From Deltaproteobacteria bacterium (lineage in GTDB: Bacteria > Myxococcota_A > UBA9160 > SMWR01), in the NCBI GenBank assembly GCA_032128375.1, contig JAQBGU010000012.1, positions 32,001 through 96,000 on the forward strand: a DNA stretch of 64,000 nucleotides, given 5' to 3'. The position numbers were made by a program, and so were the translations under genes. Within the stretch, counting starts at the first letter, position 1, and each line of letters starts with the position of its first letter. The notes below the pieces were generated by a model, which worked only from the letters and a program-made list of their open reading frames with translations, had not been told where the DNA came from and ran no database searches. This document shows positions 47,933 through 56,642 of this stretch, in pieces.

Positions 47933-48331
47933 ATGTCCACACAGGGATTCGCTGGCTTTTACGTCGAGACCCGAAACTACGGCGCGACCGCGGCGTTTTG
48001 GCGCTCGCTCGGCTTCGTCAATGCCTTCGAGACCGACCACGGATCGGGCCAGTGGAAGCACCCCTCCGGTGGTCCCTACGTGTTCATTGCCGAGCGAGCA
48101 GACCCCGAGCACGTGCTACTCAGCTATCCGATCCTCAGCGTCACTGATTCGACCCGCTTTGCGCCCGATCGAACGCCCGAATATGCCCGGTCGTTCGCGC
48201 CACAGCATTGGGGTGTCGTCGAAGCGCTCGTCATCGACCCCGATGAGCGTCTGGTGAGCTTGCAGGCGCCACTTCCTGACGGCGTGGCCGCGCCGGATAG
48301 GGACGCTCATCACGAGCAGAAATACGGCTGA
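47933..48331 (+). CDS. VOC/glyoxalase family protein
   Basis: YVETRNYGATAAFWRSLGF, PQHWG, IDPDERLVSLQ; GGAG RBS inside the RHH gene end. Confidence 0.82.
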   Translation: MSTQGFAGFYVETRNYGATAAFWRSLGFVNAFETDHGSGQWKHPSGGPYVFIAERADPEHVLLSYPILSVTDSTRFAPDRTPEYARSFAPQHWGVVEALVIDPDERLVSLQAPLPDGVAAPDRDAHHEQKYG

Positions 48332-48402
48332 GCTTTGAGCCATCCGCGGGGAGTCGAACCAACCACGGCAGCCGCTTTGCTAGACGGGTCGCGCTCCCGC
48401 AA

Positions 48403-49271
48403 TCATGTGACGCCAGAGCGGCGCGACTCACCCACCGCGAAGTCCCCATTCGCGTTGGGTTGAACCGAAGCGTTGTCCTGGACGAGGATGTCGTGACCGC
48501 GCCAAACGTGGTCATGGAGCGGCGCATGTGCTTCCGCGTGTTCCTGCAGGCTGCGTAGCAGTGCGCGTCCCTCCGCGACGGACATTCCCTCGACATGCTT
48601 TGCGCAGTCGAGATCGATGAACCATGAGAGCCCACCCGTGATCGGGTGCGTTCTCGCGATGGGGTGCGAGGCCTCGACCAGCTGATCGTTTGGACCGCGG
48701 GCGGGTACACGCGGTGGGAACGCGCTTCGGTTGTCCTCTGGTTGTCCTCTGGTTGTCCTTTGGTTGTCTCAGACATTCACGGAGCGAAGGCCCACGAGGC
48801 GCAGCTTCAGGTCGGGAGCCAGCAGATCGTATGCCGCCCGCATATCGAGAAAGCTGGTGTTCCCGCCGCCGCAGGCAATTGGCGCGCGACAAGGATCGTG
48901 GCCGCGGCCGGCTCTTCGGTGTAGGTGTCGTCGCACTGAAACGTCTCGAACAGACCGGGCCGTTGGTCGTCCAATCCGCCGAAAGACACAGCGCCCAGTT
49001 TCTCGCGCAACTCGTCAGTCATCACAAAACCCGAGTCGACCACCTGTCGATCGCGGTCGTAGCGCATCATGGAGCCAGCCTGGCTGCGGCCCGATCGGGT
49101 CCTTGACCGGTCCGATTCCCTCGGCCAACGCGCGAAACGCTTCATTGTCGAGCACACGACGCATGCGGACACAAACGACAGCGTGCTTCGCGAGTGCACG
49201 GCGAAAGCCCTGTTGTGCCTGTGGTCTCCGCGGAGTGCGCTGGCGCCCCCGTCACCCAACGCGCGTCGCAT
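48403..49271 (-). pseudogene. TauD/TfdA family dioxygenase pseudogene
   Basis: Fragments in different frames: ALAKHAVVCVR; QCDDTY..PAAATIL; GGNTSFLDMRAAYDLL..LK.RL.GLR then stop; HPIARTHPITG; EGRALLRSLQEHA..HVWRGHDILVQDN. Confidence 0.8.
48729..48768. repeat. 11-bp tandem repeat (about 3.6 copies) inside the TauD pseudogene
   Basis: ggttgtcctct ggttgtcctct ggttgtccttt ggttgtc. Confidence 0.9.
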
Positions 49272-49394
49272 GAAGATCGCGTCGGCTGCGCGCCGCTGGC
49301 TAGACTGAAGCGAGAATGTCGAGACCCGCGAGATTGTAGACGCGGTACTCGGAGAAAGACTTCGAGACGTGGAGGAGGAAGGGGGCTTCGACCC

Positions 49395-50555
49395 GTGGTT
49401 TCGGATACTGGCGATCTTGGCGTCGTGATGAGCGGCGGCGGAGCGCGCGCTGCATACCAGGTAGGTCTCCTTCAGGCGCTTGCCGAGCGCGTGCCCGGCC
49501 TGCGTATCGACATCCTTACGGGGGTCTCCGCCGGCGCCATCAATGCAGCCCATCTTGCGAACCATCGAGGCAATTTCGCCGAGGCCGTCGACGACTTGAG
49601 CCGTCTCTGGCTGGGACTGACCACTGACGACGTCTTCCGCACCGACTGGTGGTCGCTGTTCAGCCGCGTGGTCCGATCGGGTACGCAGCTCGTCTCCGGT
49701 GGCCATCGCGTCCCTGGCCGCTCGCAGGGGATGGTCGATACCCAGCCGCTGCGTGTCCTGTTGAACCGGGAACTCGGGGCACAGACCGATCTCGGCGAGC
49801 TGTGCGGGATTCGTGAGAATCTGTCGCGTGGCCGGCTTCGGGCGGTGGCGATTACCACTTCGAGCTACAGCTCCGGCACGTCGGTCACGTGGGTCGAAGG
49901 TCGCGAGATCGAACCCTGGCAACGCGCCCACCGGATTGGAAGGGCCTGTCGGTTGACAGTCGAGCACGTCATGGCCTCGGCGAGCCTTCCGCTGCTTTTT
50001 CCCGCCGTGCCGCTCGCCAGCGAATGGCACGGCGACGGCGGGATCCGGCTTTCGGCGCCGCTTTCCCCAGCCGTACACCTGGGCGCGCGGCGCATCCTCG
50101 CCGTCTCTACTCGACACCGGCGCCCGCCTGGCCGAGAACCCGCCGCCATGATTCGCGGCTATCCGCCACCCGCGCAAATCGCTGGATCACTCCTCAACGC
50201 GCTGTTCCTCGATTTGTTCGACGGAGACGCATTGCGTCTCGAGCGCATCAACGAGCTGCTCGGCGCGCAGGAGTCGCACAGGGGTGCGCGCCGAGTCGAA
50301 CTCCTGCTGTTACGACCCTCTCGCGACCTCGGTGAGCTGGCGAACACCCACGAACCTCGGCTCCCGCGCGGTTTTCGCTTTCTGACCCGCGGTCTGGGTA
50401 CGCAGCAGACGCGCTCCAACGACCTGCTGAGCCTCATCATGTTCCAACCCGACTATCTACGCGAGTTGGTCGAACTGGGTCGCACCGACGCGCTCGATCG
50501 GATCGATGAGATCCTCGGCTTTGTCGGTGGGGCCGGGCCCGCGGCGGACGCATGA
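49395..50555 (+). CDS. Patatin-like phospholipase
   Basis: SGGGARAAYQ, GVSAG, ASASLP, DGG. Confidence 0.92.
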   Translation: MVSDTGDLGVVMSGGGARAAYQVGLLQALAERVPGLRIDILTGVSAGAINAAHLANHRGNFAEAVDDLSRLWLGLTTDDVFRTDWWSLFSRVVRSGTQLVSGGHRVPGRSQGMVDTQPLRVLLNRELGAQTDLGELCGIRENLSRGRLRAVAITTSSYSSGTSVTWVEGREIEPWQRAHRIGRACRLTVEHVMASASLPLLFPAVPLASEWHGDGGIRLSAPLSPAVHLGARRILAVSTRHRRPPGREPAAMIRGYPPPAQIAGSLLNALFLDLFDGDALRLERINELLGAQESHRGARRVELLLLRPSRDLGELANTHEPRLPRGFRFLTRGLGTQQTRSNDLLSLIMFQPDYLRELVELGRTDALDRIDEILGFVGGAGPAADA

Positions 50556-50759
50556 GACGATTCGGCGCCGCATGACGCATGACGCATGACGGGACGGCAT
50601 CAGAAGTCATGACCGTTCGAGCCGGGCCGGCACGGCGTCGCGGGACGCTGGCCAGCCGCGCGCACGGGAGTTCTGCCGCGATCGGTGCCTGCGGGCGCGT
50701 TTCGATCCGGCGTGGCGAAGAGGCCGACTCAGTGGCCCCGGAAGTGTAAGATCGCGCCC

Positions 50760-51614
50760 GTGGTCCGATGCCATCGATTGCCGTGGGTCGCCCTGTCGTG
50801 CGCGTTGCTGTCCGCTTGCAGCACGCCGCGCCATGCCGAAACCCACATCAATTCCGCTCAAGCAGGCCTCGACTCTGTGCTGTGGGCGCATACGTCTGCT
50901 GAGTACCGCGCGCTTTCGCAGCAGGCCTTCGCGGTAGCGACATTCCGACTCGACGAGTCGCTCCAGCCAGAAAACGCGCGCTGGACCGCGGCGGTCGAGC
51001 AGCAGGGTGATTTTGAGGCGCTGCCACCGGCCGTGATCGTCGATGTCGACGAAGCGATCCTGGACACATCCGAGTTTCAGATCGAGCATCTGCAGGACGG
51101 TGGCACGTTCGATATCGATCGCTGGAACGCGTGGGTGGAAGAGGCCAACGCGCCCGCCCTACCGGGCTCACTCGCGTTCGTACAGCATGCAGACGCCCGC
51201 GGCGTCCGGATCTTCTACGTGACCAACCGCGCTGCCGGTGTCGAGGGTTCGGTCCACAAGAACCTGATGGCACGCGGCTTTCCGGTCGACGCGTCCGGCG
51301 AGAACCTGCTGACCAAGGGAGAGCAGGAGGGCTGGGGGTCCGACAAGACGTCGCGTCGCGCATTCCTGGCGCGAACGCACCGGATCGTGCTGATGGTTGG
51401 CGACGATCTGAATGACTTCGTGTTAGGCAGGGCTTCACCGGAGGAGCGGCGGTTGCTCTCGGATCGGTATGCCGAGTACTGGGGCCGGAAGTGGATCCTG
51501 CTGCCGAACCCGATCTACGGCACCTGGGAGCGGTCGATCTATGACAACGAGACCTCACTCACGCCCGAGCAGATCCTCGAGCGCAAATGGCGCGAGATCG
51601 AGCCGGAGCCCTAG
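50760..51614 (+). CDS. 5'-nucleotidase lipoprotein, e(P4)/class C acid phosphatase family
   Basis: LLSAC lipobox; VDVDEAILD, YVTNR, KTSRR, VGDDLNDF, LPNPIYGTWE. Confidence 0.88.
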   Translation: MVRCHRLPWVALSCALLSACSTPRHAETHINSAQAGLDSVLWAHTSAEYRALSQQAFAVATFRLDESLQPENARWTAAVEQQGDFEALPPAVIVDVDEAILDTSEFQIEHLQDGGTFDIDRWNAWVEEANAPALPGSLAFVQHADARGVRIFYVTNRAAGVEGSVHKNLMARGFPVDASGENLLTKGEQEGWGSDKTSRRAFLARTHRIVLMVGDDLNDFVLGRASPEERRLLSDRYAEYWGRKWILLPNPIYGTWERSIYDNETSLTPEQILERKWREIEPEP

Positions 51615-51752
51615 CAGTTCCGCGCGGTAGTGCGCCAGCAGCGTGCAGGCGACGACGGTAGAGAATTCGAAGAATTCACCCTAGCGGCAACCGACCGACG
51701 ATGCGTGCGTCGCCAACTTGTCGCCAAGCCAAGATAGAGGCCGGGTTCACCA

Positions 51753-52271
51753 CTAGCTGCTGCGCGGATCCATTCGCACCATGGCCATGTCCGGACGTTT
51801 GGCCACTGGCTTGGAAAGCAGGTCTTGCCAGAACGGGTACTTGGCGGCGAGCGCCTGCAGGGCGGCCTGAGCCTCCTGCGGATCGTCGACTACGACTGCG
51901 TCGCGTTCGTAGATCTTGTCGCCCACCTCGACGCGGACGCGGCGGTCGGAAACGACGTTGGAATTCCAGTACTTGTTCGGCCACTCGCCGCCCGCGTAGT
52001 AGATGGATGGCACGTACAACTTATCCCCGATCCCGGCACACACAGTCGTGACGGAATGCGGGACGAGATACCAGGTGGCCGTTTCGAGGTAAATCTCCTG
52101 GAATGCGTCAGAAAACGACCAGTCGCCGATCGCGTCCTCCACGACTTCGCCGCGAAGAAGCAATCCCGGCCGGCGGTCCTTGGGATCCAGACAGCCCGAG
52201 GCGAAAACCACGAGCAGCGCCCCGAGCGCGGCCAGAAAAACCCTGCTGTTGCGCGAAATCCAGTCCTGCAC
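51753..52271 (-). CDS. Uncharacterised lipoprotein (split-barrel/DUF2255-like fold possible)
   Basis: GGAGG before GTG 52271; FASGC lipobox; WNSNVVSDRRVRVEVGDKIY...ALAAKY. Confidence 0.65.
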   Translation of the reverse strand: MQDWISRNSRVFLAALGALLVVFASGCLDPKDRRPGLLLRGEVVEDAIGDWSFSDAFQEIYLETATWYLVPHSVTTVCAGIGDKLYVPSIYYAGGEWPNKYWNSNVVSDRRVRVEVGDKIYERDAVVVDDPQEAQAALQALAAKYPFWQDLLSKPVAKRPDMAMVRMDPRSS

Positions 52272-52326
52272 GTTTCCTCCTGACTCGAAAGCCAACTACC
52301 CGATCTAGAGAATGATCTTCCAACGA

Positions 52327-53508
52327 TCAACTTTTCCCAAGCGAGTCGACGTCGACCACTTCGGTTTCGATCTTCGGGGTCTGTTCTTCTGGCAGTAGGA
52401 AGCGCCAGAAGACCATCCCGGTTCGGAGCCCGGCAGCGTCGATCCAGTTGGGCACACCCGGGTCGCGGTGGGCTACGACGATCTTGAAGTTCCCGTCTTT
52501 TTCGGAGTGGGTCTGGTTGCGATTGAGCGAAACCCGGCGGTATCGGTACGGGGGCGTTTGCAAGCGATGGTTCCACAGCACCACGTTCGCAAAGCGACAG
52601 CGTGGGAAACGACCGCACATTACGAGTGCCTGGTCGGGATCGAGTTCGTAGCGACATTGCAGGTAGGCGTTGTCGGCCGCGGCGTAGCCGATCTCGGTGT
52701 TGTCCTCGCTGTAGTCGGAGTTGTCGAATTGGTTGATGTAACTGGAGACCCACGCGGGCATCACCTCAGGCGGCAGATCCGGAAAATCGATCGTCGCGCC
52801 GCGAACGAAGTTGATCACACGGCGGATCCCGGCGGCCACGGCTGCGTCGTCCATCGGCGGCGCCGGTCCCGGGTCCTCGACCGGTTCGATCCAGAGCGGG
52901 ACGTGGAATGTCGGGTTCGCGGCGACGCTGCGTTCTGACTCCCAGTAGTGTCGGGTGGTAATGCTGCCGGCACCGGGCTCGAGCCGCAGCCAGTTGCGGG
53001 GCTGGGGGTCGGCGCTCGCGATGATCTCGTAACTGCCGTCGGCGGCGATGTCGAACTCGGTGTCGTTCAGCGTCGAGATCACACCCTTCGACAGGTTGCC
53101 CTCCATGGCACCGGTCTCGACACTGAACGAGGTGTAGCAAGCGCCATGGACGTTGCCGCGGATGCGGTAGGTGCCGGCTGGGTCGGCGATGGCGCCGTAG
53201 TAGATGGCGTCGGGGTTGTCGCCGAGAAGTTTCTTCGTCGTGCTCAACCAGCGCTGGAACAGCGGGCGCCTGGGGTCTACTTCGTACCAACACTGGAAGC
53301 CGTGCTGCAGTGCATTCGCGACGAGGTTGCGGCCGGCGGTTCGTTCTGCGGCCGTGTGCATGCCCCGATTGGGACCGATATAGCCGGCTTCGATCTCGCC
53401 GAGAGCCACGGCCAGCTCGGCGAAGGCGCTAGCGGCGGCATCACCCGACGCTGCCTGGGCGGCAGCGGCGAGTGAGGCGGATCGGGTCGACGCATTGCTG
53501 GGTTCCAT
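52327..53508 (-). CDS. DUF1214 domain protein
   Basis: GDNPDAIY, YRIRG, DGSYEII, NWL, SLN..Q..DGNFKIVVAHRDPGVPNWIDAAG...FWR. Confidence 0.8.
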   Translation of the reverse strand: MEPSNASTRSASLAAAAQAASGDAAASAFAELAVALGEIEAGYIGPNRGMHTAAERTAGRNLVANALQHGFQCWYEVDPRRPLFQRWLSTTKKLLGDNPDAIYYGAIADPAGTYRIRGNVHGACYTSFSVETGAMEGNLSKGVISTLNDTEFDIAADGSYEIIASADPQPRNWLRLEPGAGSITTRHYWESERSVAANPTFHVPLWIEPVEDPGPAPPMDDAAVAAGIRRVINFVRGATIDFPDLPPEVMPAWVSSYINQFDNSDYSEDNTEIGYAAADNAYLQCRYELDPDQALVMCGRFPRCRFANVVLWNHRLQTPPYRYRRVSLNRNQTHSEKDGNFKIVVAHRDPGVPNWIDAAGLRTGMVFWRFLLPEEQTPKIETEVVDVDSLGKS

Positions 53509-53584
53509 TCGGACTCTCCGTTCCGGGGCCTCGCTTCAGTGGATTGTCCGCTCGCCGGAAAGGGGCGAACTCGCTCGACCCAAG

Positions 53585-54775
53585 TCAGATGGCGCGCAGC
53601 GCCTGGTCGAGATCCGCGATCAAATCGTCGGCGTCTTCGATTCCGCACGAGTAACGAATCAGGGAGTCCGTGATACCGAGTTCAGCACGACTCTCCGGTG
53701 TCTGATCCCAGAACGACATCAGTGCGGGCATCTCGATCAGGGTTTCGACCCCACCGAGGCTCGGCGCGATGTACGGAATTCGACACGCGTCGACGAAACG
53801 GCAGGTCGCATCGAAATCCGCTTCGACCTCGAACGTCACGACGCCACCGAAGCCGTCCATCAAGCGCGCTGCGACCGCGTGGTCTGGATGGCTCGGCAGG
53901 CCCGGATACCAGACCTGCCGGACCGCTGGATGTGCCTCCAGCCACGTCGCGACGCGCAGTGCGGTGTCGTTGTGCTGTTTCATTCGCAGCGACAGGGTCT
54001 TCAATCCGCGCAGCAGCAGGTAGGCGGAGTTCGCGTCGAGTACCCCGCCGAGGACGCCGACCGCCTCGCGGACCGGCTTGATGTCTGCGCTCGATCCGAG
54101 TACCACGCCGGCCATCAGATCGTTGTGGCCGCCGAGATACTTGGTGGCGCTGTGAATCGCGTAGTCGGCCCCAAGATCGAGCGGCTTGTGACACAAGGGT
54201 GTTGCAAACGTCGAGTCGATGACGACCTTGGCGCCGCGCGCGTGCGCGAGCTTTGCAGCCTCGGGAATATCGATCACGCGCAGGTAGGGGTTCGTCGGTG
54301 ACTCGGTGAAGAACAGCGACGTGTCATCCCGAAGCGCGTCTCCGAGTTTCTTGGTGTCGGCCGCTTCGATGACCGTGGTTTCGATGTCCAGCTTCACCAG
54401 ATAGTCGCGAATGAACTGCCGAGTGCGCCGGTAGCAGTCACTGGTGATGACGAGGTGACCTCCCTTGGGCAACAACGCCAGAAATAGCGTGGTTGCGGCG
54501 CACATCCCGGATGCGAACAGCACCGCCTCTTCGGCTCCTTCGAGGTCGGAGAGCTTTCGCTCGACGGCGCGCCAGGTCGGATTCCCGTAGCGGCCGTACT
54601 CGTCGCGTTTGTCGCGACCCTCCTGAAAGGCGCGCAGTTTTTCCGAGTTCTCGAACCAGAAGGTCGACGTCTGGTAGATCGGAGTGGTGACGGCATCGCT
54701 GCCTTGGTGGTCACGCTCGCCTGCGTGAACCGAACGGGTGGAGCCACCCGAATCCGCACGCGAGTCATTCTTCAT
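53585..54775 (-). CDS. metB: Cystathionine gamma-synthase (Cys/Met PLP enzyme)
   Basis: TPIYQTSTF, YGRYGNPT, FASGM, ESPTNP, DSTFATP, HSATKYLGGH, SLGGVE; start 54775 or 54796. Confidence 0.85.
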   Translation of the reverse strand: MKNDSRADSGGSTRSVHAGERDHQGSDAVTTPIYQTSTFWFENSEKLRAFQEGRDKRDEYGRYGNPTWRAVERKLSDLEGAEEAVLFASGMCAATTLFLALLPKGGHLVITSDCYRRTRQFIRDYLVKLDIETTVIEAADTKKLGDALRDDTSLFFTESPTNPYLRVIDIPEAAKLAHARGAKVVIDSTFATPLCHKPLDLGADYAIHSATKYLGGHNDLMAGVVLGSSADIKPVREAVGVLGGVLDANSAYLLLRGLKTLSLRMKQHNDTALRVATWLEAHPAVRQVWYPGLPSHPDHAVAARLMDGFGGVVTFEVEADFDATCRFVDACRIPYIAPSLGGVETLIEMPALMSFWDQTPESRAELGITDSLIRYSCGIEDADDLIADLDQALRAI

Positions 54776-55079
54776 GGCTTTAGTTCTCGTGGGCATTGTC
54801 TTGGCTTCAGTCTTGGCTTCAGTCTGGGCTTTGCGGATGGCTCTTGGCCGGACTTCTACCCTGGTGGTGAGCGCTTAGCAGGTCGGGTGCGGATCCCTGA
54901 AGGAGGTCCGAGAGGCTTGCAAGCGCTGGAAATCGCCGATTTTTTTTCGAACCCGAACCCGAAAGCCTACGGGGGTGCCGACCAGACGTCAACCGCGTCA
55001 AGATCGCGTCATGGGCGCGACCGCAATGCACCCGAATCATCACCAGCTAGGATCCAGTCCATGCCCGAAAAGCCTTCCA

Positions 55080-55679
55080 ATGAGCGAGCCGCCCGACAGC
55101 CAGCGCGACGAACTCGCTCTCCTCGATGCAACCGCGCAGGCCGAACTGGTTCGAAGCGGTCAAGTCAAACCCTTGGAGTTGGTCGATGCGGCGATCGCGC
55201 GCGTCGAGGCCCTGAACCCCGAGCTGAACGCCGTCGTGACCCGCCAGTTTGATCGGGCGCGGCAGCAAGCCGTGGCCCCTTCTCTGCCTGACGGGCCATT
55301 TCGTGGCGTGCCATTCCTGCTGAAAGATCTCGGCGAGCATCTGGCTGGCGACCCGGATCCCCGCCAACCACTGTGGCCTGGTGGGTCTGAACGGTTCGCG
55401 CGGCCGCAACTCATTTGGTCCCGACGCACCCGAGCGTTGGGGGGGCTTTTCCTGCGAGGGCTTCGTGACCCGGACGGTGCGCGATGCGGCTGCGCTCGCC
55501 GATGCCGTGGCCGGTCTCAACCCGCGATCTCGCTGCCGTTGCACTGGAACGATGACGGCCTGCCGATCGGGATACAACTCGTGGCGGCCTACGGTCGCGA
55601 AGACCTGCTGATCCGAGTCGCCGCACAGCTGGAGCAGGCCGAGCCGTGGAAGCAGCGAAGGCCAGCGCTGCACGCTTGA
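55080..55679 (+). pseudogene. Amidase-signature family gene with two large internal deletions
   Basis: N-part ...[13 protein letters not shown]; middle in +1 frame [25 protein letters not shown]-part [29 protein letters not shown] and GGSI are missing. Confidence 0.85.
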
Positions 55680-55689
55680 CCGGTTCAGC

Positions 55690-56559
55690 CTATCGGCTGG
55701 CCTCCTCCTCGAGGATTTCCAGTCGTTCCCGCGCATAGCCCGCTTCGGTGATGGATCCGTCGCGGCGCCTCTCTTCCAGATCCGCCAGCGCGCGCAAGAC
55801 ATCCGGCGATACACCAGCCGGAATAGGCAGGACATCGGGCCGAAGAGATTCGCTGGGTTGTTCGCTCTCGGGTTCATCCGACTCCATCAGAATTTCGCGA
55901 CGAACCGTCTTGCCATCGGGTGTCATGCGGGTTCGGGTCGGTCTGTCGAACAGGGAGGCTTTCCAATCGATCGCGAGCGACTGCTGATCGACCATCTCCA
56001 TCGAATTTCCCGCAAGGATTCGAAACTTCGTTGGAAACTCGCCGATCTCCGGTTCTGGCAGGCGGTCTTCTCGCCGCGGCGGTACCTCCCAATCGGAGCG
56101 CGACAGATGGATGAACAGGATTCCCTCTCGTTGATACGCGATGAAGCTGGTCAGTTTGTTGTGATTGAATACGCCGAAGCGCTTGTCGACGCGAACGGAA
56201 CGAACCACAACTTCCTGGTTGGGCTTGGCTTCGCCCAGCCCTTTCGACAGACCGGCCGCAATCGCATCCAGGTTCGACAGCGGGATGGCGGGAACGCGCC
56301 GTTGCCCGTCGCCGACCGTGGTTCGGATGTCGACGCGCGCCAGAATGTGGGATAGGCGAGCCGCCGAGATGATGAGGGGGTGCTCCAGATCGTCGGACTG
56401 CCTGCCGCGAGATCGGAGCTGGACTTTGAGCTTGCCGTCATCGAAGATCGTGGTCTTCGATACGTGAGCGCATCCGCCGGTCATCAGCGCCACGATCGTG
56501 AGCAGGGCAGTCCCAAGTGCGAGCATTCGCAGCGAAGTGGCAAGCGGGTTCGCGTACAT
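55690..56559 (-). CDS. Uncharacterised lipoprotein with C-terminal SHOCT-like domain
   Basis: TGGC lipobox; tail LRALADLEERRRDGSITEAGYARERLEIL. Confidence 0.7.
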   Translation of the reverse strand: MYANPLATSLRMLALGTALLTIVALMTGGCAHVSKTTIFDDGKLKVQLRSRGRQSDDLEHPLIISAARLSHILARVDIRTTVGDGQRRVPAIPLSNLDAIAAGLSKGLGEAKPNQEVVVRSVRVDKRFGVFNHNKLTSFIAYQREGILFIHLSRSDWEVPPRREDRLPEPEIGEFPTKFRILAGNSMEMVDQQSLAIDWKASLFDRPTRTRMTPDGKTVRREILMESDEPESEQPSESLRPDVLPIPAGVSPDVLRALADLEERRRDGSITEAGYARERLEILEEEASR

Positions 56560-56642
56560 CGTAGGCAAAAGCCTAACCAACTCTGCTCCTGTTTGAACGT
56601 CCCGAATTTTGCGAAGCATATGAACTGCGCGAACTGCGCGAA

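Noticed and set aside
47720..49400. Mobile element or toxin-antitoxin pair around the RHH gene
   Set aside because: The partner is a VOC protein, not a recognisable toxin; no transposase, integrase or terminal repeats were seen
48807..50177. 456-aa minus-strand ORF
   Set aside because: Antisense shadow of the patatin gene running into one TauD pseudogene fragment
54797..55079. SAM or SAH riboswitch upstream of metB
   Set aside because: Only a stray GCGCTCA is present; the conserved cores were not recognisable by eye. An Infernal/Rfam scan would settle it
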